The translations under genes were made by a program, and so were the position numbers. 64,000 nucleotides of DNA from positions 186,001 through 250,000 of the forward strand of contig JABVCE010000012.1 in assembly GCA_014905635.1 (NCBI GenBank), given 5' to 3'. The DNA is from Scenedesmus sp. PABB004. Its lineage: Eukaryota. Below, piece by piece: positions 32,809 to 43,494 of this stretch (positions are counted from its first letter, which is position 1; each line of letters opens with the position of its first letter). A model generated the notes under the pieces. That model ran no database searches. It was not told where the DNA came from and worked only from the letters and a program-made list of their open reading frames with translations.

Positions 32809-33291
32809 CGTGTCGAGCTGCCACACGTCATTGAAGAAGCAGCGGCGCCTGCGCCCCGGCGCAGCGCCCTGCGCCGCGTCGGGGCCGCCGCCGCCGCCGC
32901 TCGCGAGGATGTGGCCGCCAAACACGAGCACCCGGCGCCCGAGCGCGGCGGACGCGTGGAACGCGCGCGCCCCGGGCGCGGCGCCGGGCGCGACGCCGGG
33001 CGCGAACCACGTGCCGCTGTCGACCTGCGCCCGCCGCACGGCGAGAGCGCGCGTCTGCAGGGGGGCTTGGGGCCGTCGGCGTGCAGCGCGCGGCGCGCGT
33101 GCTCGCTGCCCGGCCGGCCGCACCTGCAGCGCGAGCACGTCGCCGAGCGCCGTCTGCGCGGCGCCGATGCCGCCGAACACGACGAACAGGTCGTAGCCGT
33201 CGCCGCCGGGCACCGCCACGGCGCTGTGGCCGAACCGGGGCAGCGCCAGCGCATCGCTGGCGAGGCTGGTGAAGCAGGGGCTCCAAGCCAT
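32809..33291 (-). pseudogene. Truncated kelch gene duplicate (exons 1-2, in frame)
   Basis: MAWSPCFTSLASDALALPRFGH...FNDVWQLDT, nearly identical to 22730-23217; downstream kelch exons are absent. Confidence 0.85.
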
Positions 33292-33544
33292 GGCGGCGCG
33301 CGCGGCGGCAGCAGCAGCGCCCGCCCGCCCGCCGCCGCGCGCAGCAGCCCCGCGAGGGCGCGCCCGCTGGACGGCAGGCCGGGGGAGCCTGCAGAAGTGC
33401 GCCGCTTCAGAGACCGGGCTGGATCGGCTCGCGACGTGCGCGGGGCAGCGGCGGTTGTGGGACCCGGCGGCTCGTGCTGCTGCTCTGCCTGCCTGCTGCT
33501 CGCTGGGCACAGGCATAGGGCCGCGGTCGTTGGGGAGCGGCAGT

Positions 33545-34146
33545 CCCGGCAGTGGCGGCAGGTGGCGGCAGACGGCGGCGCAGGGCCCGGGGCGCAGGCG
33601 CCGCCCGGCCGGCTGCCCGCGCCGCCGCCGAGGAGGCCCCCGCGCGCGCCGCCCCGCCGCCCACAGCCGCCACGCCGCCTTCAGCGCCTCCCACACACAC
33701 ACACGCGCCGGCCGCGGCCCACAGCTCCCGCACGCACACGCGCCGCCGCCGCCGCACAGCGCCCGCCCCCGCCCGCGGCGCGCCCCCCCTGGCCAGGCGG
33801 GGCAACGCGTGTCGGGCGCCTGACGGCCGGAACGGTCCGCCCAGCGCAGCACCAGGCGAGCCGTGCGCGCGGGCAGGCGGTGAGCAGGCAGCAGCGGGCC
33901 GCGCTGGCGCGGCGCCCACTGCTGGCGGCGGGGGCACCGGCGGTGCGCGGGTGGCGGGCGTACGGCGTGGGCCGCCGGGCATGCACGCCCCGGGCGCCGC
34001 TGGCAGGCCCGCCGCCGCGCCGCCACGCCGAAGCGGGGGCGGGCGCCGCGCGCTGCTGCTGCTCCGCTCACGCCGCCCGCGCGCTTGCGCCCGCCGCCGG
34101 CGCCGCCTGCTGCTCCCTTCTGGCACGCAGGCCTCCAGAACCCGCC
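33545..34146 (+). repeat. Conserved upstream region of cassette copy 6
   Basis: Anchor gcgcagggcccggggcgcaggcgccgcccggccggctgcccgcg at ~33578. Confidence 0.85.
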
Positions 34147-35151
34147 ATGTCTTCGCCGGCGGGCAAGCGGCGCGCCGGGCCGACCATGCGCGCGGGGGCG
34201 GCTGCACTGGCGGCGGCGGCGGGCGAGGCGCCCGGCGGCGCGGAGGCGGCGCTGAGGTGGGCCCGCAATTGTTGCTGCCCCCCCTCCCCCCCCCCCCCCC
34301 CAACGGCTGGTGCTGCTTGGCCAGGCGGGCGACGAGCACCGAGCCACGGCCAGCTGGGAGCAGGCGCCGCGCGCCGCCTCACCGCCGCCCCTGCGCGCCC
34401 ACCTCACCGCCGCCCCTGCGCGCCCGCCTCACCGCCGCCCCTGCTCGCCCGCCCGCCCGCTCCTGCGCCGCCAGCAGCCTGTGGGCGGAGCTGCCCGAGC
34501 CGCTCGTGCTACACGCCCTGAGCTATCTGCCGCCAGCCCTGCAGGCGTGGACCGCCAAGCTGGTCTGCAAGGCGGCGCGCGAGCGCTTCCGCGGCGCCAC
34601 AGCCGTCTCGCTGCGCTGCCCCGAGCTGCCGCTGGCGGCGGTGCAGGAGGCGTGGCGGGCGGTGCAGGGTGACGGGTGGCAGCAGAGGGGGCTGGCCAAC
34701 GCGCGCGCGGCGTGCGGCGACGTGGCGGGGCTGGCCTGGCTGCGCGGCGCCGGCTGCCGCACGGCCAGCGTGGTCCGGCCAGCAGCGCGCGCTGGCCACC
34801 TCGCCGTGCTGGAGTGGGCGCGCGGCGAGCGGCTGGGCCTGCGGGACGTGTGCCGAGGAGCAGCGGAGGGCGGGCAGATCGCCGTGGTGGAGTGGGCGCG
34901 GTCACAGAGGCCGCCGCTGCCCTGGGACAACTTTGTGTGCCTCTGCGCTGCGCGGCGCGGCAACCTGGAGATGCTGCGCTGGGCGCGCGCCCAGGACAGG
35001 CCCGCGCCGTGGCACTGGACGGCGTGCACGGCGGCGGCTGAGCGCGGGGACCTGGACGTGCTGCGCTGGCTGGCGCTCGAATGCTTTGTGCGCGGCGGAC
35101 TTCGCCGGCCACGAGGCCGTCGTCGCGTGGATTCGGGCGCAGCCTGCGTGA
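34147..35151 (+). pseudogene. F-box/ankyrin-like cassette gene, copy 6 (frameshifting deletion in last repeat)
   Basis: RANGCP segment missing at ~35070 (ctggctggc junction); the terminal GHEAVVAWIRAQPA* is in another frame. Confidence 0.8.
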
Positions 35152-35199
35152 GCTGCCGCGCCGCTTGGAGGCAACACGTTCTCCGCCGCGCCGCGCCCC

Positions 35200-35325
35200 C
35201 GCCCGGCAGCGGCAGGCGGGCGGCGGCGGTGCAGGGCGCAGGGCGCACGCGCCGCCTGGCTGCCCGCCGCCGCCGACGAGGCCCTGGCGCGCGCCGGCCC
35301 GGCCGCCCACACAGCCGCCCTCGCA
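35200..35325 (+). repeat. Truncated, degenerate extra cassette head
   Basis: cccggcagcggc...ggcggtgcagggcgcagggcgca...ggctgcccgccgccgccg...cacagccgccctc. Confidence 0.7.
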
Positions 35326-35434
35326 ATCTCGCCGGCCCCGGTCGCGCCCCGCGGGGCAGAGCGAGCGCGCCCGCCAAAGCGCCGCTGCTGCCGGGCGCGG
35401 CGCGCCCACTCCTGCAGCGCGAGCGACAGGGCGG

Positions 35435-35756
35435 ATGTGTCTGCGCCACCCCGGCCATCGCGCGCCAGCAACGCGGCCGTCGCGGCGCAGCAGCAGCGGG
35501 CGCCGCATCGTGTGCGCGGGGGCATCGCCCCGCGGGCGATGGGCGGCGCAGCCCGCGCCTAGAGCACCGACGCCGCGGTCTCAGGTGCGCCGGTCGTCGC
35601 GCGCGCCCGGGCTGGTGCCCGCCGCCGCAGCGCCAGCGCGCCGCTGCCGGCGCTGCTGCTGCTGCTCCGCCGCCCGCCCACCAGCCGCGCCGCCCCTGCC
35701 TCGCAGCTGGCCCCGCGCGCGGTGGCCGACGCAGCCGCGTCGGCGTCGTCGTCCGC

Positions 35757-35792
<36 letters not shown>

Positions 35793-37429
35793 GGCCGGCG
35801 GCGGCGGCGGCGCGCGGGACATGAGCGCGTCGCTCAGCCTGGCCAACATCAGGTCGAGCCTCATCCGCCAGGAGGACAGCATCATATTCACCCTCATCGA
35901 GCGCGCCCAGTTTGCGCGCAACGCCGCCGTGTACGAGCCCGGCGGCGTGCAGGTCCCGGGTGCGCGCCGCGCGGAGGACCCGGCGCAGCGACGCGAGCGA
36001 CCCGGCGCCGCATCGCGAGCGACCCGGCGCCGCGCCGCGAGCGCTGCCGCCGACGCCGCCGACGCCGCCGCCGCGCCGTGCAGCGTACGGGCGCGACGGC
36101 ACGCGGCTGAGCCTGCTCGAGTATCTGCTGCGCGAGACGGAGGCGCTGCACGGCAAGGTGCGGCGCTACACGAGCCCCGACGAGCACGCCTTCTTCCCGG
36201 GTGCGGCGGCCGCGGCGCCTGCGGCTCGCGGGGATTTGGGGTTTCGTCGGGGCGACGGGGCACGCGGCGCGGGCGGGCTGCTGTGGCGGGCGGCGGCTGC
36301 GGCGCGGCGGCTCGGGCGAGCGGCTGCGGCGCGGCGCGGGCGGCGCTCACAGCGCGCGCCGCTGACTCGCCGCAGACGACCTGCCGCCGCTCGTGCTGCC
36401 GCCGCTGGAGTACCCGGGCGTGCTGGCGCCCGCTGCGGGGGGCATCAACATCAACGCCACCATACTCGCCACCTACGTCGACGCCATCCTGCCGGGTGGG
36501 TGGTGGGCGCGGGGAGGAGGCTCAGGGGGGCCGCGGCGGCGGGCGCTGCGGCGGCGGCGGCGGCGGCGGCGCCGCGCGCCCACGGGCGACGCGCGCGGCG
36601 CGCGGGCGGCCGCAGAGATCTCGGCGCCCGGCGACGACGGCAACTACGGCTCGGCGGGCACGCTGGACGTGCTGGCGCTGCAGGCGCGTGGGGGGCGGCG
36701 GGCGGCCTGGGCCTCGGCGCGCCGCGGCGTGCGCGCGCCCCGCGCCAGCCGCGGCAGGCCCGCGCAGCGCCCCCGCCCCGCCCGGCGGCGGTGCCGTGCG
36801 CCCGGCTCACGCGCCCCCCGCTCCGTACCTCCGCGCCCCGTGGCAGGCGCTGTCGAAGCGAATCCACTACGGCAAGTTTGTGGCCGAGGCAAAGTTCAGG
36901 TGGGGCGCGCCTGCCGCGCCGCGGGCGCCGCGTCCGCGGCCAGCGGCGCGCGGCCGCGGCCGCCCCGCGAGCGCCGCCTGGGGTCAACGCTGCCCGCCCG
37001 CCCGTGCGCACACATTCGCACACCCAACCACACGCGCACGTGCACGCGCGCCCACACACACACCAACCACACACCCACACGCACCCAACCACGCCCGCGC
37101 GCAGGGCGCGGCCTGAGGAGTACACCGCGCTCATCCGGGCGCAGGACGGCGCGGGGCTCATGGCGCTGCTGACCGACGTGGCGGTCGAGCGCACGGTCGT
37201 GGAGCGCGTGCGGCTCAAGGCCGCGACGTTCGGCCGCGACATACACCCCGGCGCGGCGCCGCTCGACGGCGGCGCGTCCGGCGGCGGCGCCGCCGCGCTC
37301 GCGTCGGCGTCGCTCGACGGCGGTGGGTTTAAGATTGCGCCGTCTGCCCTCGCGGCGATGTATGAGACCGTGGTTATGCCCCTGACAAAGGAGGTGCAGG
37401 TCGCGTACCTGCTGCGCCGCCTCGACTGA
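35435..37429 (+). CDS. CM: Chorismate mutase, eukaryotic AroQ class, plastid-targeted (7 exons)
   Basis: Exons 35435-35584, 35707-35959, 36084-36200, 36376-36495, 36616-36683, 36847-36899 and 37105-37429 join in frame. Motifs LSLANIRSSLIRQEDSIIFTLIERAQF, RYTSPDEHAFFP, ALSKRIHYGKFVAEAKF, MPLTKEVQVAYLLRRLD. Confidence 0.96.
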
Positions 37430-37561
37430 CCGGGGCGGGGCGCCGGCCCCGGGGCGGCGGGGCGGGCGCCAGGCGGCGGCGGCAGGCGGCGGGCGGCGGG
37501 CGCCAGGCGGCGGCGGCAAGCCCGGCAGCGCGGCGCGAGGGAACCGACGATTGCCCGCGTG

Positions 37562-38617
37562 TCAGCCCCGGTCGCCCGCCGCAGGCTGCGCCCGGATCCA
37601 CGCGGCCACGGCCTCGTGCCCTTCGCCTGCCGCCGCGCGCGCGCACCAGTCGCGCTCCCACGGGCAGCCGTTGGCGCGCAGCCAGCGCAGCGCCTCTAGC
37701 TGCCCGCTCCCAGCCGCCACGTAGCACGACACCTCGCTCCACGGCGCGGGCTCGGCCTGGGCGCGCGCCCAGCGCAGCATCTCCAGGTCGCCGCGCGCTG
37801 CAGCCCAATAGCACACATCGCCGCCGCCCCACGGCAGCGGCGGCGTCTGCGCGCGCGCCCAGTGCAGCACCGCCAGCTGCCGGCTAAACGCTGCTCTCAC
37901 ACACACGTCCCCCAGGTCCAGCCCCTCGTCGCGCGCCCACTCCAACACGGCGACCTGGCCGTGCTCTGTTGCAACCCAGACAACGAACCGCAGGTCCAGC
38001 CCCTCGCCGCGCGCCCACTCCAGCACGGCGAGTTGGCCGTGCTGCACTGCTGCCGCGACCACGCTGATGGCCATGTCGCACCCGGCGCGGTGCAGCCAGG
38101 CCAGCCCCACCATGTCGATGCACGCCGCGCGCGCCTCGGGCGAGCTTGCACTGCCGCTCCCTATCACCCTGCACCGCCCGCCACGCCTCCTGCACCGCCG
38201 CCAGCGGCAGCTCGGGGCAGCGCAGCGAGACACGCCTGGCGCCGCAGAAGCGCTCGCGCGCCGCCTTGCAGACCAGCCTGGCGGTCCACGCCCGCAGGGC
38301 CGGCGGCAGGAAGCTCAGGACGTGTAGCACGAGCGGCTCGGGCAGCTCCGGCAGCGGGCTGCTGGCGACGTGGGCGGAGCGCGGCGAGTGGGCGGTGGTG
38401 AGGCAGCGCGCGGCGCCTGCTGCAGCCGGCTGAGGCTTACTGCGCAGCACCTGCCTGGCCAGGCAGAGCCACCCAGGGGGAAGGGGCAGCAGCAGCAGCG
38501 CGCCCACCTTGGCGCTGCCTCGTCGCCACCGGGTGCCTCGCACCACGCCGCCAGCGCAGCCGCCCGCGCGCGCGAGATCGGCCCGGCGCGCCGCTTGCCC
38601 GCCGGCGCGGAGAGCAT
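37562..38617 (-). pseudogene. F-box/ankyrin-like cassette gene, copy 7 (apparent +1 frameshift)
   Basis: Extra C at ~38139 (ctc gcc c gag); otherwise complete. Confidence 0.75.
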
Positions 38618-39258
38618 GGCGCCACCTGGGTGTCTGCGGGCCAGCAGGCAGCAGCAGGCGGGGCACCGGCAGCGGTCGTGAGCGCGCGGGTGGCGTGAGC
38701 ACAGCAGCAGCAGCAGCGCGCGGCGCCTGCCCCCCCCCCCCCCCGCGCGGCGGCGCGGCGGCGGGCCTGCCAGCGGCGCCCGGGGCGCGCAGTCCCGGCA
38801 GCCCACGCCACACGCCCGCCCGCCACACACCGCCGGTGCCCCCGCCGCCCCCAGCGGGCGCTGCGCTGCGCAGCGCGGCCTGCCGCCGCTGCCCTCCCCG
38901 CCCGCCCGCCCGCGCACGGCTCGCCTGGCGGTGCGCTGGGCGGGTCAGCCCGGCCGTCAGGCGCCCGCAGGTCCGCGCCTCACCTGGCCAGGGGCGCGCC
39001 GCGGGCGGGGGCGGGCGCTGGGCGGCAGCAGTGCGTGTGCGTGCGGGAGCGGTGGGCCGCGGCCGGCGCTCGTGCGTGTGTGCGTGTGGCAGGAGGGCTG
39101 AGGGCCGCGGCTGTGGGCTGCGGGGCGGGTCGCGCGCGGGGGCCTCCTCGGCGGCGGCGCGGGCAGCCGGCCAGGCGGCGCCTGCGCCCTGGGCCCTGCA
39201 CCGCCGGCGGGCGTGGTGCGCGCGCTGCGCCGTCGCGCGGTCAGGCCGGTTGCCAGCG
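38618..39258 (-). repeat. Conserved upstream region of cassette copy 7
   Basis: Anchor at ~39185-39203; ggccggttgccagc at ~39244. Confidence 0.85.
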
Positions 39259-39272
39259 CGCGCCCGGCGCCC

Positions 39273-40903
39273 TCACAGCAGCCCCTTGTCGCGCCGGTCC
39301 CACGTGAGCAGTCCAAAGTGCTGCTCGTAGCCGCCGCCCATCGTGCCGTCGTCGGGGCGGCGGTCGTACATCGAGAAATAGAACGCCGGCCGGCCCCCCG
39401 TGCGCCCCGCCGGCACCCAGCCGCGCGAGACGGCGTCCCAGTAGCCGCGCGCGCCGGCAAGGGTCGCGGGCACGCCCGACGGCGACGTGCCGCCGTCGCT
39501 CGGGAAGCCGGTCTCGGTGAGCTGCAGCTTGGCGCCGTAGCGCGCCTGCAGCTGCGTCCACTGCGCGTCGAGGGGCTTGGCGGGGTCGGACGGGTCGGCG
39601 GCGCCGAAAAAGGCGTAGACGTTCGCGCCGACCACGTCGCACGCCGCCGCGAGCGCCGCCGCGGCGTCGCCGCCGGGCGTGCCGGGCGGCGCGAGCCACT
39701 CGGTCGCGCGCTGCACCGTGCCGACCGGCACCGCGCCTGGCGCCACGCCCGCGGCCGCGAGCGCGTCGCGCAGCCCCGTGATGCGCGCCACGATCTGCGC
39801 CGCCGACGCGGGGCCGGCGGGCGCGAGGTTCTCGTTGCCCACGAGCAGCGCGGTGACCGTGCTGGGGTGGTTGACGACCGCCGCCACCGCGGCCGCGACC
39901 TGGTCGGCGTACCAGGCCTCGCCGGTCATAAATACGCCGAGCGCGAGCCGCACGCCCGCCGCGGCGGCCGCGGGGGCCACGGGCGTGCCGTAAAACGTGG
40001 AGTAGTAGGTCCGCGCGTGCGCGACGCCGAGGGACGCCATCTGCGCGAAGTCCTTGGCCATCGCGGCCGCGAGGTCGCCGAGCGGGCCGCCGTTCAACGG
40101 GTACTGCGGTATTGCATGCGTGTGTGTGGAATAGGGGGGGGGGAGGGGCGCGGCGGGCGTTTGGGTGCGTGTGCGAGCGCCGGCGCCGCGCGCCGCGCGC
40201 CGCGCACCTCTGGGTTGTGCATCGGGTCGTAGCAGACGCCCATGAGCCCGCCCAGGCCGCCGGCGCCGGCCGAGGCGTTGCCGGGGCGGGGGCTGGGCGC
40301 GGGGCTGGGCGCGGGGCTGGGCGGCGGCGCGCCGCGCGGCGCGACGACCCCGCACGCCGCGCCTGCGCCCGCCGCGGTGCGCGCGTCGGCGCGCGCGCCG
40401 GCGCCGCCGTGCATCGCGCAGCCGCCCGCGGTGGCCCAGGAGTAGTGGGTGCAGCCCGGCGTGCGCACGCAGAGCCGGCGGCAGCCGCCCGCGCTCGTCG
40501 GCGCGGCGGCGCCGGCGCCCCCTCCGGTGAGGTTGGCCGCGCGCGGCGCGAAGCTGCAGCCGGCCGCCCACGCGCGGCCGGACCAGTCGGGCGCGACGCC
40601 GCAGCGCGCGCCCGGCGCGGTGCTGGGCGCGGCGTCCGTGCGGCCCGCGCCCGCGGCGAGCACGCACGCGCCGCTGGCGTCGAACGAGTACGCCACGCAG
40701 CGCGCCGTCGCCGCGCACGCCGCCCGGCAGCGCCGGACCGAGGTCACGCCCGCCAGCTCGGCCAGGGGCGGGCCGGGGAAGGCGCACGCGGGCGCCTCGT
40801 CGCCGGACCACGAGAGCGGCGCGCCGCCGCTGGCGGCGCCAGCGAGCACGAGCAGCAGCGACACCGCCGCCAGCGCCCGCGCGCCGCCGCCGCGCGAGTC
40901 CAT
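39273..40903 (-). CDS. Secreted glycoside hydrolase family 17 beta-1,3-glucanase with two N-terminal PAN/apple-like modules
   Basis: Signal peptide; C-x3-C-x5-C modules; Pro linker; GVCYDP, ARTY, LLVGNE, GANVYAFF, LTETGFPSDG, FYFSMYD, EQHFGL; one intron ~40106-40207. Confidence 0.88.
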
Positions 40904-41348
40904 GCGCCCGACACTTGGCGCGCCAGCAGGGCCTCTTCCGCGCTGGGCGGCGGCCGGGCGGCCCGGCGAGCTTTCGACCGGGCGGTGCCGCCCGGGCGCA
41001 AGCAGCGGCGGTGTCGCCGGCGGTGGCGGGCGCAGCAGCAGCTCTAGCGCTGCGCCCGGCAGTCGCCGTCGCTCGTGTGAGGCTCTCGGGTGATTTGGGC
41101 GCGAAGTTTTGAAGTTTTTGGAAGCCCGGAAGGTCTTCACTCTTCGGGCGTGGGCCCCGCCGCGCGGCCTTCGCTCGCCCCTCCCGCTCGCCGCAGCGCC
41201 CACTCCCCACTCGCAAGGGCCCCCGCGTCACGGCGACGACCACGCAGGACACCGCCGTCATCGCCGCCGCCGCTGCTGCGCACCGCCGCGGCTTCTGCGC
41301 AGGCTCCGCCAGTCGTCCGGCGTGCCTGGACGCCGCCGCCCGACTGCG
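40904..41348. promoter_or_regulatory. Probable bidirectional promoter
   Basis: 445 bp between divergent ATGs, with a central T-rich patch gaagttttgaagtttttggaag (41103-41124). Confidence 0.5.
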
Positions 41349-42960
41349 ATGGCACCGCCGCCACCGTCGCTCTCTGGCCCGGCACTGCTCCTGCTCCTGG
41401 CGGCCGCCAGCGGCGCCGCGGCCGCGTTCGAGGTCGTGCGCGACGAAGCGGCCGGCTGCGCGTGGCCGCCGGCGTCCGCGCTGGGCGACGCGCAGGTCAC
41501 CAAGTCGTCGGCGGCGTGCCGGGGGAAGTGCGTGCGGACCAAGGGCTGCACGCGCTACGCGTGGCGCGAGGCCGGCGGCGGCACGTGCACGCTCTCCAGC
41601 GGCGCGGCCGACGGCGACGACCTGTGGGCGGGCGCGGTGCCCAGCGACGCGCCCGGCGCGCGCTGCGGCGTCACACCGGACTGGAGCGGCCGCGCGTGGG
41701 CGCCGGGCTGCTGGTTCAACCAGCCCTTGCTCGCGGGGTCGGGCCCCTCGGCGACCCTGGCGACCTGCCGGGCGCTCTGCGCGGCGACGCCCAACTGCAC
41801 GCACGTGACGTTCTCGCGCGAGGCCGGCGCCGGGTCGTGCGGACTGCACGGCGGCCCGGCGTCCAGGGCGCGCGGGCTGGTCGCGCCGGCCCTCTCGTCC
41901 TGCGCCAACGCGCTGCGCGTGGCGGCGCCCCCGCCGGCGGGCGGGCCGCGGACGCTCAAGTTTGTGAACGCGTGCCCGCAGCCCATCTGGCTCTCATCTA
42001 CGCACAACACGGACCGCATGCCGCTGCCAGGCGGCGTGGTCAAGATCGCCCAGGGCGCCTCCTACACCTACGACATCCCCAGCAACGGCTGGGCCGGCCG
42101 TGCGTGGCAGGGCGGGGGGTTGGCAGGGAGAGGGGTGGCAGGGAGGGGGGTGCGTGGCAGGGAGGGGGGTTGGTCCGGGCGCAGCTAGCGCTCTCTGGTG
42201 ACGCCGCTGCCGCCGCCGCCGCCGCGCCAGGCCTGTGGCCCAAGGTTGGCTGCGACGACGCCGGCACCAACTGCGCGTTCGGCGACAGCGTCCCGCCCTG
42301 CCCGCCCGGCGGCTGCTCGCCGCCGGCGGAGACCAAGGTGAGGGAGGGCGCGCGCACCCGGTCGAGCGCGGGGCGCGGCCACACGCCCGCGCCGCGGCCG
42401 CCGCTGCTGGTGTCACCCGCCGGCCGTCGCCCACCCCTCTGCGCGCCCGCGCGATGCCCGCGGTCCGCCGAAAAAAGGTGGAGTTCAACTGGCCAACCGA
42501 CCCGAACGCCGACTGCTGGTACGACGTTTCCCTGGTCGACGGCTTCAGCCTCCCGATGCGCATCACGCCCGCCAACGCGCCCGCGAGCCACCCGACGTGC
42601 ACGCCGACCGCGTGCGACGTCTCGCTCGCCGCCTGCCCAACGGACGAAGCCGACGTCGGCGACCTGCGCGCGGTCGTGGGCGGGCAGGTCGTCGCGTGCT
42701 TGAGCCCATGCAAGAAATGGAATTACGATGCTCCGTGGGGCTTGCACAAGTCTGAGCAGGTCGAGCCGGGTCTCTGGTTCTGCTGTCCCACACCGCCGAC
42801 GACGCCGGCGACGTGCAGCGCCAACCGCATCGTGAACACCAAGTACGTCAACCTCGTGCGGTCGGCGTGCAAGACTGCCTACTCCTACGCCTACGACGAC
42901 ACCGCCGGCCTGCACGCCTGCCCCGGGTCGATGAGCTTCACGGTCACGCTCTGCCCCTAG
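41349..42960 (+). CDS. Secreted thaumatin-like protein with two N-terminal PAN/apple-like modules (3 exons)
   Basis: FVNACPQPIW, WAGR/LWPKVGC, PPAETK/VEF, WYDVSLVDGFSLPM, ACLSPC, AYSYAYDD, FTVTLCP*. Confidence 0.92.
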
Positions 42961-43494
42961 TGACTCACGTGGGTGTTGGGCGCGCTGGGCCCTCACCCGA
43001 CTTTGACCGACCCTAAACGCCACGGTCACGCTCCCTTGCCCCTGATGACAAGGCTCTGGACTTGGTGGTGGCTGCCCTTGACGTGGGCTGACCCTGAACA
43101 GAGAGCCCCGGCTGGGCCGCGCGGGCGCGCGCCGGCCGGCCGCCTCCCTGCGCACGTCGCACCCCTTTTGCTGCTCCACTGCCTCGCACGCTCAGCCACG
43201 GCCACTGCTCGCAGCGCGCGCTCTGCCGAGGTTTTGACGCTGGTATTTCTGGACCGGACGGCGGCGCGCGGCGCATGCCCAGCCCCTGACACACCTGCGG
43301 GGCCACGACACGCACGCCCACAGTTGCAACGCCAATGACTGCATCAACACACAGCCGCCGCGCACTTTCACAGCGCACGCTCTCCCCCCTTCACACCCTC
43401 TCCGCTCGCCTCACGGGATGATGATGTGCACCTGCCGCTTGTTGCACAAGTAATACCAACGCACGCGCCCGCCTGCAGCTGGCGCCGCCGCGCG

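Larger units (their letters stand above)
32700..36617 (+). repeat. Segmental duplication, right copy
   Basis: See 22610-27640. Confidence 0.9.

Noticed and set aside
33552..36110. Ankyrin-chorismate mutase fusion ORF
   Set aside because: It arises from the copy 6 frameshift and is out of frame with the chorismate mutase exons.
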